A stretch of DNA of 64,000 bases from Actinomycetota bacterium (GTDB taxonomy: Bacteria > Actinomycetota > UBA4738 > HRBIN12), in assembly GCA_040880745.1 (NCBI GenBank), contig JBBDHX010000036.1, forward strand, positions 8,783-72,782. The letters run 5' to 3'. This document shows, piece after piece, positions 18,260 through 30,757 of the stretch. Numbering within the stretch: position 1 is the stretch's first letter; every line of letters begins with the position of its first letter. Under the pieces are notes generated by a model. The model did not search any database and was not told the origin of the DNA. It saw only the letters and a program-made list of their open reading frames with translations. A program made the translations under genes and the position numbers.

Positions 18260-19692
18260 CGGCGCCGGCTCGCCACGGCCAGCCCCAGGGCCAGCGCGAC
18301 GATGGCCGCGGCCGCCGGACCACCTCGGCCGTCGAACCACCCCGGCGGCCGCGGCCGGCACATCGCGTCCAGCATCGACGCCATGCGGTCGCGCTCAGGC
18401 GAGGTCGTCGCGATGTTGCGCAGCTCGAACGGATCGGCCCGCAGGTCGAACAACTCCTCCTCGCCGGTCGCATAACGCACGAACTTCGCCTCCGTGGTTC
18501 GCACGCCACAGTAGGTGGGGACCGGGTTCGTGCCGCGCATGTGTTCGAGCACGATCGCGGCGCGGCCCGGCCCGGATGGATCGCGCAGGAGTGGCATGAG
18601 GCTCTGCCCGTCCGAAGCCGCCGCGTCCACGCCGGCCGCATCCACGATCGTGGGTGCGAGGTCGGTGTTGAGCACCATCGCGGGGGTCGAGGCGCCGGCG
18701 GTTCCCTCGCGATCCAGCCGCATCACCAACGGCACGCGGATCGACTCCTCGTACGGCACCTCCTTCTTCGTCCACCCATGCTCGCCCCACTGCAGGCCGT
18801 TGTCGGAGGTGAAGACGATCAGGGTGTCGCGCAGGCGCCCCGTGTCCCGCAGGGCCCGCACGAGCGACGCCACCTGCCGGTCTACGGCGAGCAGCGACGC
18901 GTACTGGTCCCGACGGAGGTCCTGCACGGTCGCGTCATCCACCGGGGGCAGGTCGCGCATGTGCTGTGGCGCGCCATCGATCGGACGGTCATATGAGGGC
19001 GGTCGCGCGGGTTCGAGATCGGCGAACGCCCCGGCGTCCGCCGCTCTCGGCGTCGCCGGCGCATGCGGGGTCGGAGGCGCGTACATGACGAACAGCGGCC
19101 CTGCGGTCCCCCGGATGAACGCCTCGGCTTCATCTCCCAGCACGTCGGGGGCGTAGTCGCCCGGAGCTGCCGACGTCACCTCTCCGTCGACCGTCAGCTT
19201 GTATCCCTCGTACTGCGAGTGCACCATCGCCACCCAACGGTCCCACCCGGGCGGGACGTAGCCTCGCACGGCCGCACCCTGGTAGGCGTCGAGGTACTTG
19301 CCGAACAGCCCGGTCGCGTAGCCGGCGCCGTGAAGACGCGTGGCGAGCGTGTCGGCGTCATGGAACGAAACGAACCCACCGTAGGGAGGCGTGACCCGGT
19401 AGACGCCGGTCGTGTGCGACAGGTCACCGGTGAGGATCGTCGCGCGCGACGGACAGCACAGCGGGTTCGACACGAACGCCTCGTCGAACCGCAGACCACG
19501 CTCGACCAGCAGGCGCTGCACCCGTGGCATCGCCCACAGCGTGTCCCACCGCTGGTCGTCGGTGACGATGAGCAGCACGCTGGTCGTCGGCGGGACGCGG
19601 TCGATGGTGATGACCGAGCGGGGCATACCCAGGGACGGCGCCGTCGCGAGGACCAAGACGGCGACCAGGCCGCACCACGGACGTGCTCGCAC
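18226..19692 (-). CDS. Sulfatase (formylglycine-dependent family) with C-terminal TM segment
   Basis: The sequence [11 protein letters not shown] is followed by the sulfatase signature [11 protein letters not shown]. An N-terminal signal peptide is present. Confidence 0.88.
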   Translation of the reverse strand: MRARPWCGLVAVLVLATAPSLGMPRSVITIDRVPPTTSVLLIVTDDQRWDTLWAMPRVQRLLVERGLRFDEAFVSNPLCCPSRATILTGDLSHTTGVYRVTPPYGGFVSFHDADTLATRLHGAGYATGLFGKYLDAYQGAAVRGYVPPGWDRWVAMVHSQYEGYKLTVDGEVTSAAPGDYAPDVLGDEAEAFIRGTAGPLFVMYAPPTPHAPATPRAADAGAFADLEPARPPSYDRPIDGAPQHMRDLPPVDDATVQDLRRDQYASLLAVDRQVASLVRALRDTGRLRDTLIVFTSDNGLQWGEHGWTKKEVPYEESIRVPLVMRLDREGTAGASTPAMVLNTDLAPTIVDAAGVDAAASDGQSLMPLLRDPSGPGRAAIVLEHMRGTNPVPTYCGVRTTEAKFVRYATGEEELFDLRADPFELRNIATTSPERDRMASMLDAMCRPRPPGWFDGRGGPAAAAIVALALGLAVASRRRYSVGLAGPSR

Positions 19693-19701
19693 GCGTGGAG
19701 G

Positions 19702-20316
19702 CTATCGGCTCAGGAACCCGCGGAGGAACCACACGAAGCTGATGATGGTCGCAGCGGCGAGCGCGGCACCCTTCGCGGAGATCGGCCCGTACGCGAAGGT
19801 CGCACCCAACCCCACGAGGAACACCCATCCGATCCACCTGAACAGCTGCTGCGCCGTCGTCCGCGAGGCGAGATCGTCCTCGACCTCGCGAGAGGTGAGC
19901 GGAAGGGGCCCGGCTTCCGGTTCGTCGGGCACCACCCAGTCCTTCTTCCAGATGTCGCGCAGGAGCACCGGGACCCCGATGACGGCGGCGATGGCGAAGG
20001 CCCCTGGCGCGGCGAGCACACCACCCAAGATGACGGCGGTTGCCAGGACCCGACCCATCGGCCCGAACGTCGTGGCGCCTTTCTCCCAGCGGGACCAGTG
20101 CGGGACGTGGCCACCGAAGTGGTGCGGCGTATCGACGAAGTCGCCGCGGTGCAGCGGCGGGCGCGGCGAGAACTCCCGCGCCGGCTCGTAGCACCGAAGG
20201 CACCACCGCACGTCGCCACCGAGTGGCTCCCCGCAGGCTCGGCAGGCACGTCCGGTAGGCATGCCGTGGATATCGGCAACCCCAGGTCCCGGCGTGAGCC
20301 GCAACCGTTCCGTCAC
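19702..20316 (-). CDS. Zinc-ribbon membrane protein, hypothetical
   Basis: The zinc ribbon is [19 protein letters not shown], followed by four hydrophobic segments. The gene is co-directional with the sulfatase and 10 nt upstream of it. Confidence 0.6.
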   Translation of the reverse strand: MTERLRLTPGPGVADIHGMPTGRACRACGEPLGGDVRWCLRCYEPAREFSPRPPLHRGDFVDTPHHFGGHVPHWSRWEKGATTFGPMGRVLATAVILGGVLAAPGAFAIAAVIGVPVLLRDIWKKDWVVPDEPEAGPLPLTSREVEDDLASRTTAQQLFRWIGWVFLVGLGATFAYGPISAKGAALAAATIISFVWFLRGFLSR

Positions 20317-20385
20317 ATCGGCCCGGCTACCATGGACGCCGACGCCAGCGGCCGCGCCCAGCGGCCGGGAGAGAGGAGCTCGACG

Positions 20386-21711
20386 ATGCCAGACCTGATG
20401 GACGACCTCACGTCCCTCGCCAAACGCAGGGGGATCGCCTTCGGATCATCGGAGATCTACGGCGGGCTCCGCAGCAGTTGGGACTACGGCCCGCTCGGGG
20501 TCGAGCTCAAGCGCAATGTCCGCGACGCCTGGTGGCGCTCGATGGTCCAGGAGCGGAGCGACATCGTCGGTCTGGAAGCGGCGGTGATCATGAGCCCCCG
20601 CGTGTGGGAGGCCTCGGGGCACCTGGAGGTCTTCACCGATCCCCTGGTGGAGTGTCTCGCGTGCCACCAACGCTTCCGCGAGGATCATCTCGAGGGTGAT
20701 CCACGCCTGTGCCCCAACTGTGGCAACAAGGCGTTCACGGACCCACGCAACTTCAACCTGATGCTCAAGACGCACATGGGGCCGGTCCACGACGATGACA
20801 ACGCCGTGTACCTGCGTCCGGAGACCGCCCAGGGCATGTTCGTGGATTTCGCGCAGATCCAGACGACGTCTCGCAAGAAGGTCCCGTTCGGGATCGCGCA
20901 GATCGGCAAGGCGTTCCGCAACGAGATCACGCCGGGCAACTTCATCTTCCGCATGCGCGAGTTCGAACAGATGGAGATGGAGTTCTTCGTGGAGCCCGGC
21001 ACCGATGAGACCTGGCACGACTACTGGATCGAGCAGCGCCACGGCTGGTACCGGGATCTGGGGATCCGCGAGGATCACCTGCGGGTGCGCGAGCACGATG
21101 CCGACGAGTTGAGCCACTACGCCAAGCGGACCGTCGACATCGAGTACGCCTTCCCGTTCGCACCCGGGGGGTGGGGTGAACTCGAGGGGATCGCCAACCG
21201 CACCGACTTCGACCTGAAGGCCCACGAGAAGGCCTCGGGCCAAGATCTGACCTACTTCGACCAGGAGAAGGAGCAGCGCTATCACCCGTTCGTGATCGAG
21301 CCGGCGGGGGGTGTCGACCGCGCGGTCCTGGCGTTCCTGCTGGATGCCTTCCGCGTGGAGGAGGCTCCGTCCGCCAAGGGCGGGACCGAGAAGCGCACCT
21401 ACCTGGCGCTGGATCCTCGCTTGGCGCCGATCAAGGTCGCGGTGCTGCCGCTCTCGCGCAACGAACAACTGGTCCCGGCGGCGCGGGAGGTCTTCGACCT
21501 CCTCAAGGGCGCGTGGATGTGCGACTTCGACGACGCGGGCTCGATCGGGCGGCGGTATCGGCGCCAGGACGAGGTGGGCACACCGTTCTGCGTGACGGTC
21601 GATTTCGACACGCTGGAGGATCGCGCGGTCACCGTCCGCGCCCGCGACACGATGGCCCAGGAGCGGCTGCCGATCGCCGGTCTCGAGGCTCATCTCCGGG
21701 AGCGCCTGTGA
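20386..21711 (+). CDS. glyQS: Glycine--tRNA ligase (dimeric GlyQS type)
   Basis: The N-terminus reads [28 protein letters not shown], and class II motifs are present. The start was trimmed to ATG 20386; the first 441 codons of the 882-aa track ORF are antisense to the two preceding genes. Confidence 0.93.
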   Translation: MPDLMDDLTSLAKRRGIAFGSSEIYGGLRSSWDYGPLGVELKRNVRDAWWRSMVQERSDIVGLEAAVIMSPRVWEASGHLEVFTDPLVECLACHQRFREDHLEGDPRLCPNCGNKAFTDPRNFNLMLKTHMGPVHDDDNAVYLRPETAQGMFVDFAQIQTTSRKKVPFGIAQIGKAFRNEITPGNFIFRMREFEQMEMEFFVEPGTDETWHDYWIEQRHGWYRDLGIREDHLRVREHDADELSHYAKRTVDIEYAFPFAPGGWGELEGIANRTDFDLKAHEKASGQDLTYFDQEKEQRYHPFVIEPAGGVDRAVLAFLLDAFRVEEAPSAKGGTEKRTYLALDPRLAPIKVAVLPLSRNEQLVPAAREVFDLLKGAWMCDFDDAGSIGRRYRRQDEVGTPFCVTVDFDTLEDRAVTVRARDTMAQERLPIAGLEAHLRERL

Positions 21712-21899
21712 TCCGCGGGAGGCCCCGCTTCTTCTGGGCGGCCTTCGCGCTCGTCGTGGGATCCGGCGTCGCCCTGGCCTTCTCGGTCCGGTCGTTCTTC
21801 GATTCCATGACGCCCCTGTGGGTCTCGGTGGGCTCGTCGGCCGCCGCACTGATCCTCGCCGTGTTGGCCGTGACGTTGCCGGGGCGGGGGCACGAGTGA
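21708..21899 (+). CDS. Small two-TM membrane protein, hypothetical
   Basis: The GTG start overlaps the glyQS stop. Two hydrophobic helices are visible. Confidence 0.35.
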   Translation: MIRGRPRFFWAAFALVVGSGVALAFSVRSFFDSMTPLWVSVGSSAAALILAVLAVTLPGRGHE

Positions 21900-23203
21900 T
21901 CGGCCGGCGCGCCGCGCTCGCGTTCGCCGTGGTGGCTGCGTCCTGTACGGCCACCACCGTCACGAGCGTTCCGCCGGGCTCGCCGGTCGCCGTCCCGTCG
22001 GTCGGTGCCGGGGGAGCGGCGACGGCGCGAAGAGCGATCGCCGAACTGTGCGTCTCGCCCGACCTCGGCGAGCCGGAGCTGGTCAGCCCCGGCGACCTGC
22101 CTTCGCAGATCCAGGAGCTGATCGTGCAGGTCGAGGCCGCTCGCGGTCTGTCCTTCGTGACCCCGCCCGCCGCCGAGGCGATCACGGATCAAGAGATGGA
22201 CCGCAAGCTCGAAGAATCCTTCGACATCTACTACCCCGAAGATCTCTACGACCGCCGAACGGTGGCCTGGCGCACGATCGGCGTGATCCCGCGCGACGCC
22301 GACCTGTTCGAGTCCTATCGCGCCTACCTGACGGGCCAGGTGATCGGTTTCTACGACCCGCAGACCGGGGAACTCGTCTACCTGGGGGAGGGCGAGGACC
22401 TGGGCTTGGCCGAACGCATGGTCCTGTCGCACGAGCTCACCCACGCCCTGGACGACCAACGCTTCGATCTGAAGCGCCTGGACCGACTGGCCGCGCGGTG
22501 CGCCGACGAGCGGTTCACCGCGGCGCTCGGTCTCGTGGAAGGCAGCGCGCAGCATTTCTCGACGCAGGTGATCATCAACGATCCCGACCTCGACCTCAGC
22601 GAACTCGCTGACGTGGTGGCATCCGCCGGCGACGCTCAAGAGGCGCTGCGTGCGGTGCCTCCCTTCGTCCAGGCGCTGCAGGCCTGGCCCTACGTGACGG
22701 GCCAAGCGTTCGTCGATGCCATCGCGCGCGACGGCGGCACGGCGGCGGTGGACGCGGCGATGCTGCAACCGCCGGTCTCGACCGAACAGGTGATCCACCC
22801 CGAGAGGTACCCCGCCGACGTGCCGGTGCGGGTCGACGTCGCGGACCTCGCCGGTCCGCTCGGCCGCGGCTGGGGGGACCTCGACGCGATGGAGGTGGGG
22901 GAGCTGTGGCTGAAGGAGATGCTCGATCTCCGCCTGCCACCCATCGCATCCGCGAACGCTGCCGCGGGTTGGGACGGGGGCGTCTATCGGGCCTTCACCG
23001 ACGGGGAGGATGTGGTCGTCGTCTTGCACACGGCGTGGGACTCCGACGCCGACGCCCAGGATTTCGTCGTCGCGATGTCGGACTGGACCGGGGCAGCCGC
23101 GGGCTCGCACGTCAGCGTGACGTTCGCCGACGGAGGTGTCCGATCCGTGTTCGCCACGGACGAGTCTTCACTCGCGGCCGCCCGGGCCGCCCTGTCCGTC
23201 TGA
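21896..23203 (+). CDS. Secreted lipoprotein with HExxH motif (putative zinc metallopeptidase)
   Basis: The lipobox-like signal is AFAVVAASC. The motif HELTHALDDQ is present. The GTG start overlaps the previous stop. Confidence 0.6.
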   Translation: MIGRRAALAFAVVAASCTATTVTSVPPGSPVAVPSVGAGGAATARRAIAELCVSPDLGEPELVSPGDLPSQIQELIVQVEAARGLSFVTPPAAEAITDQEMDRKLEESFDIYYPEDLYDRRTVAWRTIGVIPRDADLFESYRAYLTGQVIGFYDPQTGELVYLGEGEDLGLAERMVLSHELTHALDDQRFDLKRLDRLAARCADERFTAALGLVEGSAQHFSTQVIINDPDLDLSELADVVASAGDAQEALRAVPPFVQALQAWPYVTGQAFVDAIARDGGTAAVDAAMLQPPVSTEQVIHPERYPADVPVRVDVADLAGPLGRGWGDLDAMEVGELWLKEMLDLRLPPIASANAAAGWDGGVYRAFTDGEDVVVVLHTAWDSDADAQDFVVAMSDWTGAAAGSHVSVTFADGGVRSVFATDESSLAAARAALSV

Positions 23204-23605
23204 GCCCCCCGTCGGTTCGACCCTGAGGGGGGTGTGGCGCGCGATCACGTCGAAGTCGCGGTCCAGATGCAGGATCGTCGCGCCCTCACGGATCGCCACG
23301 GCCGCGATGAGGCAGTCGATCATGCTCCTCACCGTTTCGCCGCCTGCGCGACACACACGCTGGATCGCGGCCGCGCGCTCGTACGTCTCGAGTCCGCCGA
23401 CGCGCAGCATCCTGAAGGCCAGGACCCGCCGGCGCACCATCGACAGGTGATCTGATGGCTGCGATCCGGCGAGCAGTTCCATCACGATCGGTTCGCTGAT
23501 CGCGAGCGAGTCCGACTCACGCATGAGTCGCCGAAGCGTGAGATGGACCGGGGATCCGGTCCGACGGTAGAACTCCACCCAGGCGGAAGTCTCGACCAGG
23601 ATCAC
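23168..23605 (-). CDS. vapC: Type II toxin VapC (PIN domain ribonuclease)
   Basis: The sequence MILVETSAWVEF (the E in LVET occupies the usual first-acidic LVD position) and the later acidic residues LHLDRDFD are present. The start overlaps the vapB stop. The 3' end overlaps the convergent upstream gene by 36 nt. Confidence 0.85.
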   Translation of the reverse strand: MILVETSAWVEFYRRTGSPVHLTLRRLMRESDSLAISEPIVMELLAGSQPSDHLSMVRRRVLAFRMLRVGGLETYERAAAIQRVCRAGGETVRSMIDCLIAAVAIREGATILHLDRDFDVIARHTPLRVEPTGGSDGQGGPGGRE

Positions 23606-23829
23606 CCGTCCTCCACGTCCGGGTCATAGATGCTCCGCGCCTCCTCGTCGGTCATCCCAGCCCAGATCCCCTCGAGTTCGAGCATCGCCGTGCCGGGATC
23701 GGTGATCGCGCGGTCGTTGGGGAGCACCGTGCGCAGGGCGAAGTCCACCGCCTCACGCCTGCTCTTCAGTCCGTAGGTCGCCATGACCCGGGTGACGAGT
23801 TCCTCGTCGATCACGATGTTCGTGCGCAT
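23602..23829 (-). CDS. vapB: Type II antitoxin VapB
   Basis: The sequence MRTNIVIDEELV..REAVDFALR is typical of VapB antitoxins. The 4-nt overlap with vapC is also typical. Confidence 0.85.
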   Translation of the reverse strand: MRTNIVIDEELVTRVMATYGLKSRREAVDFALRTVLPNDRAITDPGTAMLELEGIWAGMTDEEARSIYDPDVEDG

Positions 23830-23969
23830 CTTGCGGCCTATGGTGGCACCTCCTCGGCGTCTACACAGTGATGTGTATCACAGTTGGAGGCGGTGGTTCG
23901 CTCGCTCACCGGTGGAGCGCTCGTAGAGTGAACCGGTCCGAGCGACCGAGACCGAAAGAGGTTTGCGAA

Positions 23970-26663
23970 GTGACCAAGTACGTCTATGACTTCTCCGAAG
24001 GCAACAAAGAGATGAAGGACCTGCTCGGCGGCAAGGGCGCCAACCTCGCCGAGATGACGAACATGGGACTGCCGGTCCCGCACGGTTTCACGTTGTCCAC
24101 CCGGGCGTGCCTCGAGTACCTCGACCGCGGTGAGCTGTGGCCCGAACTGCTGGACGAGGCCGAGGAGCATCTGGTCCGTCTCGAGCACTCGATGGGCAAG
24201 CGGCTGGGCGACCCGACGGACCCGCTGCTCGTCTCGATCCGCTCGGGCGCCAGGTTCTCGATGCCCGGGATGATGGACACGGTCTTGAACCTGGGCCTGA
24301 ACGAGGACTCGGTGAAGGGGCTCGCGCATCAGACCGGTGGCGACGAGCGCTTCGCCAACGACACCTACCGGCGGTTCATCCAGCTCTACGGCAAGATCGT
24401 GATGGACGTGCCCGGCGAAGCCTTCGAACACGCGCTGGATGCCGCGAAGGAGCGCAAAGGCCCCGGCACGCAGGACACCGATCTCGACGCCGACGAACTC
24501 CGTGCGTTGATCGACACCTTCCTCGCCATCTGCCGCGAGCAGGCGGGTCGCGAGTTCCCCACCGATCCCCGGGAGCAACTGCGTCTGGCCAGCGAGGCGG
24601 TGTTCCGCTCGTGGAACGGCAAGCGGGCGCGTGACTACCGCCGGCAGAACAAGATCAGCGACGATCTCGGGACGGCGGTCAACGTGGTGGCGATGGTCTT
24701 CGGCAACCGCGGGGAGGACTCCGGCACCGGCGTGGCGTTCACACGCGACCCCTCCACCGGCGAGCGCGTGCCCTACGGCGACTACCTGGAGAACGCCCAG
24801 GGCGAGGATGTCGTCGCCGGGATCCGTAACACGCTCCCACTCGCCAAGCTGCAGGAACTGGACCCGGTCTCCTACGGCGAGTTGCTCCAGGTGATGCACA
24901 CGCTCGAGATGCATTTCCGGGACATGTGCGACATCGAGTTCACGATCGAGAAGGGCCACCTGTGGATCCTGCAGACCCGGGTCGGCAAGCGCACGGCGTT
25001 CGGTGAATGGGTGATGGCTCACGAGATGCTCGAGGACGGTCTGATCGATGAGGACACGGCGCTCCTACGTGTGGACGCGAACCGCCTCGAGGAGCTGTTC
25101 AAGCGCCGGGTGCGCGCCGACGATGCCGTCCCGATCGCCACCGGCCTGAACGCCTCACCGGGCGCCGCCACCGGTCAGGTGGTGTTCACCGCGGATGAGG
25201 CCCAGCGCCGGGCGCGCGAGGATGGAGCCCGTGTGATCTTGGTCCGTCGCGAGACGACGCCCGATGACTACCACGGGATGATCGCCTCCCAGGGGATCTT
25301 GACGAGCGCGGGCGGGACGAACTCGCATGCGGCCGTCGTGGCACGCGGTGAAGGGATCCCCGCGGTCTGCGGAGCCGACCAGATCCGCCTCGACGCGGGC
25401 GCGGGCACCTTCAGCGCGAACGGGACGACGGTCCGTGAGGGTGACGTCATCACGATCGACGGGTCCACCGGACACGTCTTCGTCGGGGAGTTGCCGCTCG
25501 CCGAGTCGGTCTTGGAGAAGGCGCGTGGGGGCGACACCGAGGCCCGTGAGCAGCCCGTCTGGCGCGCGTTCGAGCGGTTGATGGCGGTCGCGGACGCACG
25601 GCGGCGACTGCGCGTGCGGGCGAACGCGGACACCCCCGATCAGTCGGCGAACGCGCGGGCACGTGGCGCCGAAGGGATCGGTCTGTGCCGGACCGAGCAC
25701 ATGTTCCTCGGCTCCGAGCGCGTGCAGGCGGTCCAGCGGATGATCTTCGCGGACACGCCGGATGACGAACAGGCCGCCTACGACGTGCTGTTGCCCCTGC
25801 AGCGGGGGGACTTCGTGGGGATCTTCCGCGCGATGGACGGGCTGCCCGTGACGGTTCGCCTGCTCGACCCGCCCTTGCACGAGTTCCTCCCCGATCTCAC
25901 CGCGCTGTCGGTGGAGGTGGCGCTCGGGAGGGAGCGCGGCGAGGACGTGACCGAGCGCGAGAAGATCCTCGCCACGGTGCGCCGGCTCCACGAGACCAAC
26001 CCGATGCTCGGGCTGCGCGGAGTGCGCCTCGGCATCATCAAACCGGGTCTGTACGCGATGCAGGTCCGCGCCATCGTCGAGGCCGCATGCGAGGTCCGCA
26101 AGGCCGGAGGTGATCCCAAGGTCGAGATCATGATCCCGCTGGTCGCCACGCGTCCGGAGCTGCAGCAGATGCGCGATGAGCTCGAGCCGGTGGCGAGCGA
26201 GATCCTCGAGCGGGAGGGCGTGAGCCTGTCTCACCTCGAGTGGGGCACCATGATCGAGCTCCCGCGGGCGGCCGTGACCGCCGGCGAGATCGCCGAGGTG
26301 GCCGACTTCTTCAGCTTCGGCACCAACGATCTCACGCAGACGGCGTTCGGGTTCAGCCGGGACGACATCGGGAAGTTCGTCGGTCTGTACGAAGAGCGCA
26401 AGCTCGTCCCGGCGAACCCCTTCGTCACGGTGGATCAGCCGGGTGTGGGACGCCTCATGCGGATCGCGTGCGAGGAGGGCCGCGCTTCCAACGCCGGCCT
26501 GCACCTCGGGATCTGCGGCGAGCACGGTGGCGACCCCGCGAGCGTCGTCTTCTGTCACGCGCTCGGTCTGGACTACGTCTCGTGTTCGCCGTTCCGCGTG
26601 GAGACGGCGCGCCTGGCCGCCGGGCAGGCGGCGGTGGGGGAGTTCGCCTCGGCGAGCGCGTGA
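23970..26663 (+). CDS. ppdK: Pyruvate, phosphate dikinase
   Basis: The N-terminus reads LLGGKGANLAEM. The phospho-His region is GGTNSHAAVVARG, and the PEP-utilising C-terminal domain contains GTNDLTQ. The start was trimmed to GTG 23970. Confidence 0.93.
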   Translation: MTKYVYDFSEGNKEMKDLLGGKGANLAEMTNMGLPVPHGFTLSTRACLEYLDRGELWPELLDEAEEHLVRLEHSMGKRLGDPTDPLLVSIRSGARFSMPGMMDTVLNLGLNEDSVKGLAHQTGGDERFANDTYRRFIQLYGKIVMDVPGEAFEHALDAAKERKGPGTQDTDLDADELRALIDTFLAICREQAGREFPTDPREQLRLASEAVFRSWNGKRARDYRRQNKISDDLGTAVNVVAMVFGNRGEDSGTGVAFTRDPSTGERVPYGDYLENAQGEDVVAGIRNTLPLAKLQELDPVSYGELLQVMHTLEMHFRDMCDIEFTIEKGHLWILQTRVGKRTAFGEWVMAHEMLEDGLIDEDTALLRVDANRLEELFKRRVRADDAVPIATGLNASPGAATGQVVFTADEAQRRAREDGARVILVRRETTPDDYHGMIASQGILTSAGGTNSHAAVVARGEGIPAVCGADQIRLDAGAGTFSANGTTVREGDVITIDGSTGHVFVGELPLAESVLEKARGGDTEAREQPVWRAFERLMAVADARRRLRVRANADTPDQSANARARGAEGIGLCRTEHMFLGSERVQAVQRMIFADTPDDEQAAYDVLLPLQRGDFVGIFRAMDGLPVTVRLLDPPLHEFLPDLTALSVEVALGRERGEDVTEREKILATVRRLHETNPMLGLRGVRLGIIKPGLYAMQVRAIVEAACEVRKAGGDPKVEIMIPLVATRPELQQMRDELEPVASEILEREGVSLSHLEWGTMIELPRAAVTAGEIAEVADFFSFGTNDLTQTAFGFSRDDIGKFVGLYEERKLVPANPFVTVDQPGVGRLMRIACEEGRASNAGLHLGICGEHGGDPASVVFCHALGLDYVSCSPFRVETARLAAGQAAVGEFASASA

Positions 26664-26667
26664 AGCG

Positions 26668-27423
<756 letters not shown>

Positions 27424-28651
27424 AGGCGGTCGGTGCCGGTGCCACCCGTGAGGTCATCAGCACCACCGAGTCCGAAGAGCCGGTCGGTGCCGGCGCCGCC
27501 ACCGATGGTGTCGGCACCATCGCCGCCACGCAGGGAGTTGTTCGTTGCGGTACCGGTGATGGAGTCGTCGCCGGACCCGCCGGTCGCGTTCTCCATGTCG
27601 GCCGCGAGCGTGTCGCCCTCGCCGACCTCACCGTCGTTCCCGGCGCCGGATCCCACCGTCAGGACGAGGGCCTCGGTGCGGCTCGAGTAGTCGGCCTTGT
27701 CGGTGCCGGATCCGCCGTTGAAGACGTCGGCATCGGTCCCGCCGTCCATGACGTCGTTGGCGCCGCCGCCGTTCAGCGTGTCGGTGCCGGCGCCACCGCT
27801 CAGCGTGTCGTTGCCACCCTGGCCGCTCACGGTGTCGTTGCCGTTCCCACCGCTCACGGTATCGGGGCTCCCGGTGGTGAGGGTGCCCGTGTCGCCGTTC
27901 AGCGTGTCGTTGCCGGCGCCACCGCTCACGGTGTCGAGACCGGCATCACCGGACATGGTCTCGTCGCGCGAGGATCCGTCCAGCGTGTCGACGCCCGATC
28001 CACCCCTGATCGAGAACGCGGTCCCGGTGCCACCGGCGGCGTCGCTCGCGAAGGTGTCGTTTCCGTCACCGAGGCTGATCGTGACGGTGCCGATCGCGGT
28101 GAACCCTGTCGGATCGCAGGTAACCGTGGTGTCGACCACCACGCACTGGGCGTCCGCGGGTGCGTTCCAGCCGGCGGTGTCGGTGACTTCGAGCACGGTT
28201 CCGTCACCGCTGAGGCTCACGGCGTTCGCGATGCCGGCGGTCACGGTGACCGAGACCGCCCCCGTCGCCGGGTTGTAGTCGATCGTCGACTCACCGACGG
28301 CAAGCGCCGCGGTGGGGGCGAGCATGAGCGCCGTCATCCCGACGACCACGACCCCCGAAAGGTGGCGCGCGATGCGCCTTCCTGATCCACGCATGGACCC
28401 TTCCTCCTTCTTCTTCATCCGAGCCCGAACGTGGGCGCCGTCCATCTGTTTCCCCCGGGGGCAGGGCTTGCCATAGGGGTATACCTGACATCTATCGGGA
28501 TATCGGTAGCCTCGGCTGCATACCTCGAACCGGGGTTCCGGGCTATGACCGGGTCCCCAGCGTGATGACGGTCACGTTCCGGGCGGCCGACATGCCGTAG
28601 CGTCCCGCGTCCTTCCTCCGCCTCCCCCGCCCGTCCTACGGAGGTGGTGCG

Positions 28652-30004
28652 ATGGTTCCCCCCACGAGAACATCCCCGCGGAAACGCTGGGTGGCAACGG
28701 GGCTGGCCGCTGGTGCCCTGCTGGGCGCGGTGGTCGGGGCCGGTGTGCTCACGCGAGCGACACCTGGCCAGGTGTCGGGGCCGCGGCCGACGGTGCTCCA
28801 CGCTGCCCCTGCCCTCGTCCGGGGCGGGGCTGCGGTCGATCTCTCGCTCAGCAGTTACTGCCCCGATCCGGCCGCGCCTTCGTGCCGTGTCAGTTCAGCG
28901 TCGGTGCTGGTGCAGCCCTCGGGGTTGTCGGCGTCGGCGTCGATCCGAGGCAGGAGCGTGGATGGGGTGCTCCGCTTCCGGGTCCCGGCCGAACTGGTGC
29001 CCGACGCCGGGTTCTCCTACACGTTCGTGCTGGTGACCGAGGATGGAGGTCGCATCACCTATCCACCCGAAGGCGACGGGGCGAGGATCAGGGTCCTCAC
29101 GACGAACGGATTGCCGCTCGCGGAGCTGCCCTCGTTCGACTGGGAGGACCGCACCCGGCCCTCGGCGACCGTCGTCCGGCTACCGGCCGGGTCGGGACCG
29201 GGTCAGGTTGGGTTGGCGGGGGTCGGCGACGAAGGCGGCGCTTCGGGTCCGTCGAGCTTCGATGTGGCTCCCGGCGGCACCATCGTGGTCGCCGACTGGG
29301 TGAACCGGCGCGCGCTCCGTTTCTCGGCGTCGGGGTCGTTGCTGGGCTCGGTCCCGCTGCCGGGCGGTGAGCCCCTCGACATCGCGGCGGCGGGCGGTGG
29401 CCTCGTGGCCACCACGCTGGGGGTCCAGGCCCAGGCCTACGAACTCGGCCCCGACGGCAGGGTCCTGGGCCGGTACGCGGTGGGGTACGGCGTGACGTCT
29501 CGGATCGTGGCAGGTCCCGTGCCGAGGGTTCGGGTCGGCAGCGGTCAGTGGATCCCGGTCCGCGCCGCGCCGGGCTCCGCGCTCAGCGCTGGGGCGCAGG
29601 CGGCCGCGCAAACCTCGACGGTGCCGCTCGCGGATGGCCGCGTCGGCCTGTCTGCGGTGGTGGATGGGCGCCTCGCGTTCGTGTGGACCCGTCCGGACGG
29701 CTCGCGTGCCGGGGTGGCCCTGCGGCTCCCCCCCGGGGTCCAGCCGGGGGCGGACTACTTCGTCCGGCCCCTGCCCGACGGCGGTGCGCTCGCGGTCCAG
29801 GGTCTGTGGAACGACGCGCACTTCGGGGTGGCGGCCTTCGCGCTGGACGCGCGCGGCGCCGTCTCGTCGTTCTCCCTGCTGCCCGAGCCGACGACCCGGA
29901 TGGCGGCCCCGTTCTCCGTGGTGCGATACGGAGGCTCCGGAGCCGTCCTGATGGCGCGCGACATGGGCGATGGGATGCGCATCGATCGATTCGAGGTGAG
30001 GTGA
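28652..30004 (+). CDS. Membrane-anchored or secreted hypothetical protein (450 aa, beta-rich)
   Basis: An N-terminal TM is present (WVATGLAAGALLGAVVGAGVL). No family was recognised. The next gene starts 3 nt after its stop. Confidence 0.6.
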   Translation: MVPPTRTSPRKRWVATGLAAGALLGAVVGAGVLTRATPGQVSGPRPTVLHAAPALVRGGAAVDLSLSSYCPDPAAPSCRVSSASVLVQPSGLSASASIRGRSVDGVLRFRVPAELVPDAGFSYTFVLVTEDGGRITYPPEGDGARIRVLTTNGLPLAELPSFDWEDRTRPSATVVRLPAGSGPGQVGLAGVGDEGGASGPSSFDVAPGGTIVVADWVNRRALRFSASGSLLGSVPLPGGEPLDIAAAGGGLVATTLGVQAQAYELGPDGRVLGRYAVGYGVTSRIVAGPVPRVRVGSGQWIPVRAAPGSALSAGAQAAAQTSTVPLADGRVGLSAVVDGRLAFVWTRPDGSRAGVALRLPPGVQPGADYFVRPLPDGGALAVQGLWNDAHFGVAAFALDARGAVSSFSLLPEPTTRMAAPFSVVRYGGSGAVLMARDMGDGMRIDRFEVR

Positions 30005-30006
30005 AC

Positions 30007-30708
30007 ATGAGAACCGAGCATCGCGGTACGCGGATAGCTGCAGCGGTCGCCGCTTTCGCGGTGGCCCTCGCCGGGCTGCTCCTGGTGACGGACACGCCTG
30101 CGCACGCTGATGCGTGGTCGGACCAGTACTGCAAGGGGGGCTCGTCCTCGCGGTTGTACTGGAAGCGTTCCACCGCCATCGCCTACGCGCAGCCGCCGGT
30201 GAGGGAGGGCTACCTGCTGAACGGTGGCTGCTACCGGCTGAACGACCGGGATGACACGCCGAGTTTGCCGGCCGACGGCGGGGGAGAGGGCACCGACTGT
30301 TCGGGGTTCGTGTTCCGCGTCTGGGGCCTCAAGCAGGACTCGACCAACGGCTACCGCTACTGGGACTACACCAAGCACATCCACGGACCGTGGTACTCCT
30401 GGGACTACAAGGACCCCGAGGCCGACGAGCCGTTCCGCACCATCAGCAAGGCGCTCTCCTCCACGGCGCCTATGGACGCGATCGCCTGGTTCCGTGACGG
30501 AGGGGCAGACCGCCACATCGCGTTGATCTGGATGGAAGGGCAGACATCGGACTACTACGTCCATGCGCATACGAACACGGTGGGGGTCGAGATCTCCGAG
30601 GAGACCTACCGTCAGGTGTCGGACACGGAGGCCGTCGAGCGGAAGAACTGGTCGCTCGAATGCGAGCCCAAGTGTCCCGGTCCCGGCACGATCGGGGGCA
30701 GGACCTGA
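30007..30708 (+). CDS. Secreted NlpC/P60 (C40) family peptidase
   Basis: A signal peptide is present. The catalytic Cys motif is GTDCSGFVFRVWG, with a downstream His in DRHIALIW. The start was trimmed to ATG 30007. Confidence 0.75.
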   Translation: MRTEHRGTRIAAAVAAFAVALAGLLLVTDTPAHADAWSDQYCKGGSSSRLYWKRSTAIAYAQPPVREGYLLNGGCYRLNDRDDTPSLPADGGGEGTDCSGFVFRVWGLKQDSTNGYRYWDYTKHIHGPWYSWDYKDPEADEPFRTISKALSSTAPMDAIAWFRDGGADRHIALIWMEGQTSDYYVHAHTNTVGVEISEETYRQVSDTEAVERKNWSLECEPKCPGPGTIGGRT

Positions 30709-30757
30709 TCCATCCACCGCACCGGCGCCAAGTGGGCCTTCGGGTAGCCTGGCGCCG

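Noticed and set aside
19063-20385. N-terminal 441 codons of the 882-aa ORF that ends as GlyRS
   Set aside because: This part is antisense to the sulfatase and zinc-ribbon genes and has no GlyRS similarity. A canonical GlyQS N-terminus starts at ATG 20386.
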